The translations under genes and the position numbers were made by a program. Shown here piece by piece: positions 56,844 through 64,000 of a stretch of DNA of 64,000 nt. The first letter of the stretch is position 1. Each line of letters opens with the position of its first letter. The notes beneath the pieces are model-generated. The model was not told the origin of the DNA. It was given only the letters and a program-made list of their open reading frames with translations, and ran no database searches. Origin of the DNA: a virus (taxonomy: Duplodnaviria > Caudoviricetes); the IMG/VR virus record IMGVR_UViG_2933279956_000001, positions 1-64,000 of that record; one strand, given 5' to 3'.

Positions 56844-57775
56844 GCGGCTTCCTCCTCGGTGGGCTCAGGGGGTGGCAACTTGTCGAGGCCGGGGTCCGGC
56901 TTCACGTAGGGGCGGCCAGCGCTGGACAGCTGCCGGATCGCGTAGGGGCGGCCACCGTGTACGGCCCGGCGGGCGGCCCCCATCCGGTCGGCGACCTTGG
57001 CCATCACGAGGCGTCGTCGGCTATCGGCGGCTTCGACGTCGAGCACGACGGCGTGAAGCTCGTCCGCCAGGTCCTTAGGCAGCTCGACCACGGCGTTGCG
57101 GTCAATCTGCGGGTGCAGTCTGCGCACCGTGGCGTAGGTGGCGGGGTGGTCGTCAAGCTCCGGCCGCTCGTCCCAGAACACGCTCGCGAGGAAATCCTCG
57201 GCCGCGTCACGCAGCAGCGCCGCCTCGTCCGGGTCGTAGTCGATGACGTACTCGCGGAACTCCAGCCGCTCCCCCAGGACGGCGAACCTCCACCGCTTCA
57301 CGCCGAAGGTGTCCATGTACCAGACGACCTGCACCCGGTAGTAGAGCGGCACCTGATCAGTGCCGGGGTGTCCCCAGCCGGAGGCGTAGGAGTCGGCGTC
57401 GGACTTGAACTCCGCCCCTTCGACGAGGACACCGTCGCGCCAGCAGAGCGCGTCCGGGCTGCCGAGCTGGTAACCGCGATCGGCGTGCACGAACGTGCCG
57501 CCCGCCGTGACCTTGAACTCGGGGTGCTGATCGGCGAACCAGGCGCGGATGCTCGGCTCCAGGTAGTGGCCGCGTTCCTGCGCCCGGGTCGACGACTCCG
57601 GGACAAGCAGCCCCTGCTGCAGGCACCACTCGCTGTACGGCGACGCCCACGGCGACTTCCCGATCACCGCGGCGATCGACGACCCTCCGAGCCGGCCGCG
57701 CCGGATGCGGCGGCCGCGGCGGCTGTCGGGCCGGTACCGGCCGAGGTAGCGGGCGGTGCCCGCGTCCCTGGTCAA
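56840..57775 (-). CDS. YqaJ/lambda-type exonuclease
   Basis: LGGSSIAAVIGKSPW, RGHYLEP, GSPDA, EFK, YYRVQVVWYM. Confidence 0.9.
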   Translation of the reverse strand: MTRDAGTARYLGRYRPDSRRGRRIRRGRLGGSSIAAVIGKSPWASPYSEWCLQQGLLVPESSTRAQERGHYLEPSIRAWFADQHPEFKVTAGGTFVHADRGYQLGSPDALCWRDGVLVEGAEFKSDADSYASGWGHPGTDQVPLYYRVQVVWYMDTFGVKRWRFAVLGERLEFREYVIDYDPDEAALLRDAAEDFLASVFWDERPELDDHPATYATVRRLHPQIDRNAVVELPKDLADELHAVVLDVEAADSRRRLVMAKVADRMGAARRAVHGGRPYAIRQLSSAGRPYVKPDPGLDKLPPPEPTEEEAA

Positions 57776-58230
57776 AACGGTGGCTCGTCGTTGAAGAGAC
57801 CCCTTGGCTGTTCCGCGTCGCGGCGGGGGCTCGGCAGCTCCAGCGTGAACGGGCCGTAGCGGCGCTCGGCCTCGGCCAGTTTGAGATTGCCTGGATATCG
57901 TGCGCCGAACTCCGCGTTGAGCGCGACGTAGCCGTCCGTGCAAAGTCGGTCGTTGGCTTCGCAGTCGGGACAGTCGATGTCGACGGCCAGCCAGCGTTTC
58001 CGATTGTGGTCGCGCCACACATCCCCTGGGACGGGCGGCCAATCGACGGAGGCGACCAGTTGATGCCCCGTGTTGGGGTCGTCGGTGCGGAAGTAGACGT
58101 TGGCCATGTTGGCGCATCCCTCGGTGCTTGCGGCTCCGAAGCGGGCCGGGTCCTTGGGATCGATGTAGACGATGCGGCAGGTGCGGGTGACTGTGACGAC
58201 GTCACCGAGGCGGTACAGGGGCTCAGCCAC
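57772..58230 (-). CDS. Hypothetical protein (paralog of 58223-58627)
   Basis: YRLGDVV..WPPVPGDVW..YGPFTLE. Confidence 0.65.
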   Translation of the reverse strand: MAEPLYRLGDVVTVTRTCRIVYIDPKDPARFGAASTEGCANMANVYFRTDDPNTGHQLVASVDWPPVPGDVWRDHNRKRWLAVDIDCPDCEANDRLCTDGYVALNAEFGARYPGNLKLAEAERRYGPFTLELPSPRRDAEQPRGLFNDEPPF

Positions 58231-58627
58231 GGCCAGCCTCCTGACTGGTGCGGGCCTCGCTCGGGACTTCCAGCCGGAATGGGCCGTACAGATGGTCGGC
58301 CTGCGTGAGTCCTTTCTCGTCCTCGTAGCGGTGGCCAATCTCGGACGTGAGCGCGATGCCGAGGCCATCGTCGTCCGCGGCGTGAGCGAACCAGCGCAGA
58401 CCACCGCCGGTCCACACGTCGCCCTGCAGCGGCGGCCACAGCGCCGACGTCACCAGCTGATGCTGGTCAACAGGCTGGTTGCTGCTGAACATGAGCGAGA
58501 AGAACTCGCCGGTGCTGCCCTCGACTTCGACCAGGACCATGGTCGGCTCGTCCGTGCCGGTCTTGGTGACACGACCGACGTAGGTGATCTTCACCAGGTC
58601 GCCGACCTGGTAGACGGGTGCGGTCAT
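58223..58627 (-). CDS. Hypothetical protein
   Basis: YQVGDLV..WPPLQGDVW..YGPFRLE. Confidence 0.65.
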   Translation of the reverse strand: MTAPVYQVGDLVKITYVGRVTKTGTDEPTMVLVEVEGSTGEFFSLMFSSNQPVDQHQLVTSALWPPLQGDVWTGGGLRWFAHAADDDGLGIALTSEIGHRYEDEKGLTQADHLYGPFRLEVPSEARTSQEAGRG

Positions 58628-58629
58628 GG

Positions 58630-59503
58630 TCAGCTCCTCTGCTCTTGGCGGTAGGCGAGGTTGTCGGCGTGCGTCAGCTGCTGCTCGGCCGGGTTCGCCG
58701 CGTCGCGGTACGGCGGGAACGTGGAGTACGGATGGGCGCGGTCATCAGCGGTGATCGCGTCCGTGTAGGCGAGGATCTCCTCGTCGGACGGGTGGCCGAA
58801 CGTGGGGCGGCGGGCCATCAAATCTGCTCCGGCCGCTTGGGCAGCCGCTCACGGACGGCTTCGAGCAGGTCGAGGTCGAGACGGATGAGGTTGCTGCCGT
58901 TCTGGGCGCGGACCTGCTCCTCCAGGTGGGCGGTCAGGTGCCGGAGGGGGCCTTCGGTCCGGGCGGTGATCGCGGCGCGGACGGCGTCCATCACGTCCTT
59001 GCCGACGACGATCAGGCCGCCGCTGCCCTGGGCGCGTGCGCCTTCCTCCAGGAGGGCGATCAGTTCGTCGAGAGGCATGTCGTGGGCCGCGCGCAGGATG
59101 CGGCGGCGCAGCAGCCCGGTTTCGGGGGTGCCCGTCGTGGTCGTCAACGGACACCCCCGGCGGGGGACGCGCTTACGGCTACAGCGTCGCCGTGGGGGGC
59201 GGTGCACTCCGCGCGGGCGTCAGGCGTGATGAGGTTGAGGAGGTCGAGCAGTGGCCGCCACGACACAGTTTTGATTGCGGAATCGCTTCCAAGAATGAGT
59301 GCGGACTCGGCTTCGGCTGGGGCGGGTGCAGGCAGGTGGGCGAGCCAGGAGCCGTCCGGCCGGGCCGCGTACGCGATGTACGACGGCAGGCTGAGGCGGT
59401 GCCGCTGGTAGCAGACGATGACGCCGGCGGCGTGGACGGCGGTGATGGTCCAGGTGCCGCCGTCGGTGGTGAGGACGCGTTTGACGGGGTCGAGATGGGA
59501 CAT
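58630..59503 (-). CDS. Three small early ORFs (59144-59503, 58818-~59145, 58630-58821)
   Basis: Closely packed ORFs with RBSs. Confidence 0.5.
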
Positions 59504-59528
59504 GTGGGCTCCGGTGTCGGGCGAGGGG

Positions 59529-59972
59529 CTATCGGATCGCGGGGTGGTAGGACTCTGCGAGCAGGCGGGTCACCTCAGCGCGCGGGATGAAGTGGCTGCG
59601 GGCCCCTTTGCTGCTATCCAGCGCGTTGGTGTGGATCAGGGCGTACACGTAGTAGTGGCTGACGTTGAGCGCTTCGCCGACTTCGGCGACGGTCAGGTGG
59701 TCGTCGTCGGGTTTCTCGGCGACCTTGGCGGTTTCGAGGTAGCGCACCAGTTCGGAGTGCGGGATGCGGCGGGTTTTGCCCTGCAGCTGGTAGTAGCTGA
59801 TGCGGCGATCTTTCATGTGTGCGATGACCGTTTTGCTGGAGTAGCCGCTCGCGCGGGCGAATTCCGCAACGGTCAAGAGATCGACGTTGTCGGGATCATG
59901 AGACGGAGGGGAGTCCCCCATCTCATGGTCATCAACTCCCTGATGATCATGGTGCTTGTCGTCTGCGGTCAC
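59529..59972 (-). CDS. Tandem HTH_17 (excisionase/Cro-like) protein
   Basis: LLTVAEFA..SSKTV and HLTVAEVGEALNVS repeats. Confidence 0.8.
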   Translation of the reverse strand: MTADDKHHDHQGVDDHEMGDSPPSHDPDNVDLLTVAEFARASGYSSKTVIAHMKDRRISYYQLQGKTRRIPHSELVRYLETAKVAEKPDDDHLTVAEVGEALNVSHYYVYALIHTNALDSSKGARSHFIPRAEVTRLLAESYHPAIR

Positions 59973-59982
59973 TAGCAAACTC

Positions 59983-60091
59983 TAGCGGTTTCTGCGATTT
60001 ACCAACAGTGGATCTGCACACAATTCCGCAGAAACCGCTATTTAAGGGTGATCTGTGCAGATCGTATGGGCGGAAAACGCAGAAACTGCTA
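59983..60091. promoter_or_regulatory. Divergent immunity region with repeated operator-like boxes
   Basis: CGCAGAAAC(C/T)GCTA inverted at 59983-59996, direct at 60027-60040 and 60078-60091; GATCTGCACA/TGTGCAGATC pair at 60011 and 60054. Confidence 0.7.
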
Positions 60092-60146
60092 GCCTGGCGC
60101 CCATGGTCGCGCACCACCGCGAGGCCGCAGCCACTGGAGGACAGTC

Positions 60147-60647
60147 GTGGCCACCACGCGACCGCCCGAAGCCGAACTCATCCACACCCGCCGGATAGCA
60201 AGGCTCGAGAAACTCACCGTTCAAGAAGCCGCCCGCCGCGCTGAAGATCTCAGCGGTGAACGGTTCGCCGAATCCACCTGGCGGCTCATCGAACGCGACG
60301 GCAGCCGAATACCCGGCAAACTGGCCCTCATGGCCCGCGTTGTCGGCAACATCACCCCCGAGGACTTCGACGCCATCGGCAGACCAGACGCCGGCGACGC
60401 CCTGCGTCTGGACCAGCAGCAGCGCGAGGCCCCACCCAGCGTCACGGACGCGGTCCGCGCCCAGATCGCCGAAGAATTCCGCAGCTCCATGCCGGACGAA
60501 CTGTGGGAACTGGCCCAGGCCTACAGCGACATCGACCAGCTCGACGCCTCCCCCGAGCAGCGCGCCGCGATGAAGGCGGCGTTGCGCGAACATCTCGCGT
60601 CCGGGCAACGCCTGCACGACAGCCACCTCAAGATGATCAAAAACTAG
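60147..60647 (+). CDS. Putative immunity repressor (XRE-like HTH)
   Basis: PEAELI..LTVQEAARRA..ESTWRLIE..LALMARVVG..GRPDA; divergent from the early operon. Confidence 0.75.
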   Translation: MATTRPPEAELIHTRRIARLEKLTVQEAARRAEDLSGERFAESTWRLIERDGSRIPGKLALMARVVGNITPEDFDAIGRPDAGDALRLDQQQREAPPSVTDAVRAQIAEEFRSSMPDELWELAQAYSDIDQLDASPEQRAAMKAALREHLASGQRLHDSHLKMIKN

Positions 60648-60660
60648 GGGTCTCCCCCAG

Positions 60661-61638
60661 TTAGCTTGCCTGGCTCAATGGAGAGTCCAGCGCAGGCACC
60701 AGCTTGTGTTGCGCCGCATACACGCCGAGCTGGAAGCGCGTGGTCACGCCGCACCGCTCCATCAGCGCCTCGATCCGGCGGCGAACCGTCCGATCCGAGA
60801 GCATCAGGCCTCTCTGCAGCTGCCGATCCGACGCTCCGCGCGTGAGCAGCCACAAGATTTTCAAGTCCTCATCCGACATCGGCGCCTCGCTGGGCCGGGC
60901 CCCTTGGGCTACCGACCCCACCGGCATCGCCGCCTGCCAGCGTCGTTCGAACTGCTCAACGAGCACATCCATGATCGTGCCCGGACGAATCAGCAACGCA
61001 GATCCGTCTTCATCGGGGTGCCGGGCCGGATACTGCGGCACCATGCCGAGCTGCCGGTCGCCGATCACCATCTTGTGGTCGAGGTGCTTGGTCATGCGGA
61101 TCTCGCACCCGATGCCTTCGGAGTGCTGCAGCCCCGCCACCGCGTCCGGGTCGTCGAGCACCTCCTCCTCCACGATGATGCGGCAACAGGCCAGATGAAG
61201 GTTGGGTATGCCGTCATTGCCGATCATCCGCTTGAACGGCGCCGTATGGAAGGCAAGTACCTCGGTGCGCGCCGTGTCATGGATGCGCTGGAACGCCTCT
61301 CGCATCTGCGCCGGGTCCGCGAGCACATCGACACTCCCCTGCTCGACGGGCACATGGTTGGCCTGCAGAAACAGCTGATCCATGTCCGGCAGCAGAGCGC
61401 GGAGCCGCTCCAGCGCCGCCTGCCATTCCAGCATGGCGGGCGCCAGGCCCAGCGACGGTTTGCACGCCCGCACCGGGTCCACCCCCATGACGAGGCCCCG
61501 CTTGCGCAACGACGTCAAGGCTGCATGGGCCTGCTGACCGTACTGGTCCAGCAGGTCGGGCCTGGGCTGTGGCCCAGAAGCAAGGAGCAGGAGGTAGACC
61601 TCCTGCTCCAGCTGATCCAGCCCGAGAATCTCCAACAT
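60661..61638 (-). CDS. TrmB-like N-terminal / LuxR-HTH C-terminal regulator
   Basis: LGLDQLEQEVY, KMVIGDR, FERRWQAA, LLTRGASD..LSDRTVRRRI..TRFQLG. Confidence 0.85.
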   Translation of the reverse strand: MLEILGLDQLEQEVYLLLLASGPQPRPDLLDQYGQQAHAALTSLRKRGLVMGVDPVRACKPSLGLAPAMLEWQAALERLRALLPDMDQLFLQANHVPVEQGSVDVLADPAQMREAFQRIHDTARTEVLAFHTAPFKRMIGNDGIPNLHLACCRIIVEEEVLDDPDAVAGLQHSEGIGCEIRMTKHLDHKMVIGDRQLGMVPQYPARHPDEDGSALLIRPGTIMDVLVEQFERRWQAAMPVGSVAQGARPSEAPMSDEDLKILWLLTRGASDRQLQRGLMLSDRTVRRRIEALMERCGVTTRFQLGVYAAQHKLVPALDSPLSQAS

Positions 61639-61655
61639 TGAGCCCCCTGGTGTGC

Positions 61656-61931
61656 TCAGTTGTCCCGGACAGCGGCGGCCTTTCTGCGAAACCGGGCTGC
61701 GTGTTCGACCCCGAGCGCATACGCGGCCACCAGTTGGCGGCCCTCGACGTGCCGCCGCCAGGCGAGCACCGTCACGGGTACGGCTACGCCTGCCGACCAC
61801 ATGCTGATCTGCACGAGCGTCTGCCAGGGGCTGGCGTGCAAGGTGACGCTGAGCATGCCGGCGACGATCGTCGTGAGCCAGCACGCCGCCGCGGTGTTGG
61901 CCAGCAGCTGTGTGCTGCGCGGATGGTTCAT
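61656..61931 (-). CDS. Small 2-TM membrane protein
   Basis: GGAG RBS; two hydrophobic segments. Confidence 0.55.
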   Translation of the reverse strand: MNHPRSTQLLANTAAACWLTTIVAGMLSVTLHASPWQTLVQISMWSAGVAVPVTVLAWRRHVEGRQLVAAYALGVEHAARFRRKAAAVRDN

Positions 61932-61981
61932 GGGGGGCTCCAGGGTTCGGAGAGGAACAAGGGCTGGAACACGGCTGGCGA

Positions 61982-62317
61982 TTACCAGCCGCCGGTGTGG
62001 CCCTGCGGCGCAGCGGGCGCCGACGACGACGTGGCCGTCGTGGTGGTCGTGTACGTGACCTGCTTGACGGTCTTGGTCGTGAAGGTGCCGTCGGCGTTCT
62101 TCGTCGTGGTGACCGTCGTCGTCTCGGTGCGCTGTTCCTGCGGCGCCGTGGCGCTGTTCGCGGCCGGCTCCCCGGACGGGCTCGGCTCGGGCGTCTCGGT
62201 CTGTACCGAGGTGGGGGCCGCAGACGGGTCTGGCTCCTGGGCGTGGGCGGCACCGGCCATGGAAGCGATGAGCACCGAGCCTGCGGCAATGGTCAGCAGG
62301 CGGGACGCAAAAGTCAT
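61982..62317 (-). CDS. Secreted low-complexity protein ending in GHTGGW
   Basis: Sec signal with AHA cleavage site, Pro/Thr linker, aromatic C-terminus. Confidence 0.7.
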   Translation of the reverse strand: MTFASRLLTIAAGSVLIASMAGAAHAQEPDPSAAPTSVQTETPEPSPSGEPAANSATAPQEQRTETTTVTTTKNADGTFTTKTVKQVTYTTTTTATSSSAPAAPQGHTGGW

Positions 62318-62631
62318 GGATCGTTCCGTTCGCGAGAGATGAGGGGAAACGGCACAACGTCACCAGCAGCCCCCGACGTGTGCCAGCGAAGGGCCGTTCA
62401 TGTTTCCTCGCAAGGGTAGATCCCTGTGGAGCGGATGTGTCAAATGTTGCACGTGACCGATTTCGGCGGGGCCGGAACCGGCCACGAAATACATGAAATA
62501 GGTAACAATTCCGTCCCGACGCAGGGTGGGGCGCAGACGGTAGATTCTTCCGATGCGATAGTGGCCCCCGCGCGAGATAGGCCAGACCCCTATCTCGTCA
62601 CACGGGGTGACGGACAAAGGAGCAAAGACGC

Positions 62632-62865
62632 ATGTCGCTCATGACGGGGGCCCTGGCCATCATCAGCGGAGCAGCGGCTGCAGCCGCACTGCTCACCTCG
62701 GCGCTCCTCACGCCGGGAGCGCTCGCCCTCGCTGTGTTCGGCATCTCGCTGCCCACGTGCACCATCGCGCTCCTGCGGCTGGCCCGCCACCGGCTGACGC
62801 CCGAAGATGCCTACCAGCAGGGTCTTCGCGAGGGCGCTCCGACGCAGCCGGATCACCCTCGCTAA
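62632..62865 (+). CDS. Small membrane protein
   Basis: AAGGAG RBS; two hydrophobic segments; AYQQG. Confidence 0.6.
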   Translation: MSLMTGALAIISGAAAAAALLTSALLTPGALALAVFGISLPTCTIALLRLARHRLTPEDAYQQGLREGAPTQPDHPR

Positions 62866-62880
62866 GACGGCCTGGTGCTG

Positions 62881-63069
62881 CTACGGCAGCGCGAACTCGC
62901 CGTCTTTGGCGCCCAGCTCGAACGCCGTCCACTCCCGCTCGGTGAAGCGCAGCACCGGCCCGCCGCGGTCCTTGCTGTCGCGCAGCTCGACGACTCCCCC
63001 GGCGAGCCTGACCTCCACGCATCCCCCGGACTCCGAGTGGGGGCTCTTGCCCCAGTCGGGTGTTAGCAC
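62881..63069 (-). CDS. DUF397 protein
   Basis: WGKSPHSESGGCVEV..LRDSKD..GPVLRFT..EWTAF..KDGEF. Confidence 0.9.
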   Translation of the reverse strand: MLTPDWGKSPHSESGGCVEVRLAGGVVELRDSKDRGGPVLRFTEREWTAFELGAKDGEFALP

Positions 63070-63911
63070 GCTGTCTCCTTCATGATCTGTGCGATGAGGT
63101 CCGCTGACTCCGTGACCGTGAGGGCCTGCTGCGTCAGCACCCCGAAACGGCGCTCCCACTGGTCAACGTGCGGACCCTCCTCCATGATCGCAGCAGGGCC
63201 TCCCTCGCAGTACAGGCGGGTCGGGAGGTCAGGAGCCGTCAACAGCACGAACGATCCCATCAGGCCGGCGTGCTCGTGCACCTCGGCCGGCATCACCTGG
63301 ACGGCGATGTGCCGCTCGCGGCCTGCGGTCAGGAGCCGCTGCAGTTGCTCGCGCATCATCTGCGGGCCACCGAGGCGGGCACGTAACGCGTGTTCACCGA
63401 CGACGACCTCGAGGTCAGGCGGATCATCGCACCCCAGAATCCACTGGCGGGCGATGCGAGCGCGGGCGATCATGGCCACCGTGGACGGCTCGTCCCACGG
63501 GTGTACGGCGGCGATGACGGCGCGCGCGTAGTCGCGGGTCTGGAGGAGGCCGGGAATCAGCTGGGGCTGCCAGGTGCGGATGAGGCGGGCCTCAGTCTCC
63601 AGCGACACATACGGCACCGGCAGGACGCGTTCGTAGTCCTTCCACCAGGATCGCTGGTGGGCTGCGGCCAGCAGCTGCAGGCACTCGGTCCGGATGGGTT
63701 CGTCGGCGCCGACGCCTAACGCGTCGAGGAGCCGGTGGACATCGCCGGCCATGACGCGTTTGCGGCCAGTCTCCAGGGTGCCGACCTTCGCCGTCGACCA
63801 CGACACCAGCTGGGCGACCTCGGCAAGCGTCAGCCCCCGCTCGATTCGCAGGCCGCGCAGGCGCTGCCCGAGCATCTCCAATCGGAGAGGTGGGCTAATA
63901 CGCGTCGGCAT
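63063..63911 (-). CDS. XRE-HTH plus DUF5753 regulator (WhiJ/Scr1-like)
   Basis: LGQRLRGLR, LETG, YVSLE, LIPGLLQTRDYARA, RIARQ, SADLI. Confidence 0.9.
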   Translation of the reverse strand: MPTRISPPLRLEMLGQRLRGLRIERGLTLAEVAQLVSWSTAKVGTLETGRKRVMAGDVHRLLDALGVGADEPIRTECLQLLAAAHQRSWWKDYERVLPVPYVSLETEARLIRTWQPQLIPGLLQTRDYARAVIAAVHPWDEPSTVAMIARARIARQWILGCDDPPDLEVVVGEHALRARLGGPQMMREQLQRLLTAGRERHIAVQVMPAEVHEHAGLMGSFVLLTAPDLPTRLYCEGGPAAIMEEGPHVDQWERRFGVLTQQALTVTESADLIAQIMKETAC

Positions 63912-64000
63912 GGCACCAGATTGTTCCGCCTCAGATTTGTCGGCATAAGGGTGCCCTGCACATCTTGATGTGGATGTGACAGAAATTCTGCCGAAGCGGT

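Larger units (their letters stand above)
3342..64000 (-). mobile_element. Temperate siphovirus-like prophage (left end probably between ~1.9 and 3.3 kb; right end outside window)
   Basis: Collinear terminase-portal-capsid-tail-lysis modules plus RecT/YqaJ, RusA, origin and divergent repressor switch. Confidence 0.93.

Overview
High-GC actinomycete DNA. Bases 1-1863 carry the 3' end of a Ro60/TROVE gene and an ATP-dependent (LigD-type) DNA ligase domain gene, probably host DNA. From roughly 2-3 kb to beyond the right edge the window is a temperate siphovirus-type prophage, mostly on the minus strand. Read right to left, it has an Xre/DUF397 pair, a LuxR-type regulator with a secreted peptide, a divergent repressor/HTH switch, YqaJ/RecT, RusA, a replication origin (iterons plus DnaA boxes), a tyrosine recombinase with a lox/dif-like site, a ParB / ABC-ATPase-GNAT / ASCH cluster, terminase, five extra genes, portal, capsid, tail and lysis genes. 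The integration site could not be identified. The most striking feature is a duplicated tail. There are two intact, diverged tape-measure genes in tandem (683 and 767 aa) and two intact, diverged ~920-aa tail-tip genes, each with its own paralogous partner gene, but only one tube, chaperone pair and Dit-like gene. This suggests two virion/tail types from one genome (inference). The tail region is interrupted by opposite-strand cargo: an orphan Pycsar-type effector, a tendamistat-like secreted protein, and a small ORF beside a ~150-bp CTAG-rich degenerate palindrome. All family assignments are by eye from motifs and synteny; no searches were run.
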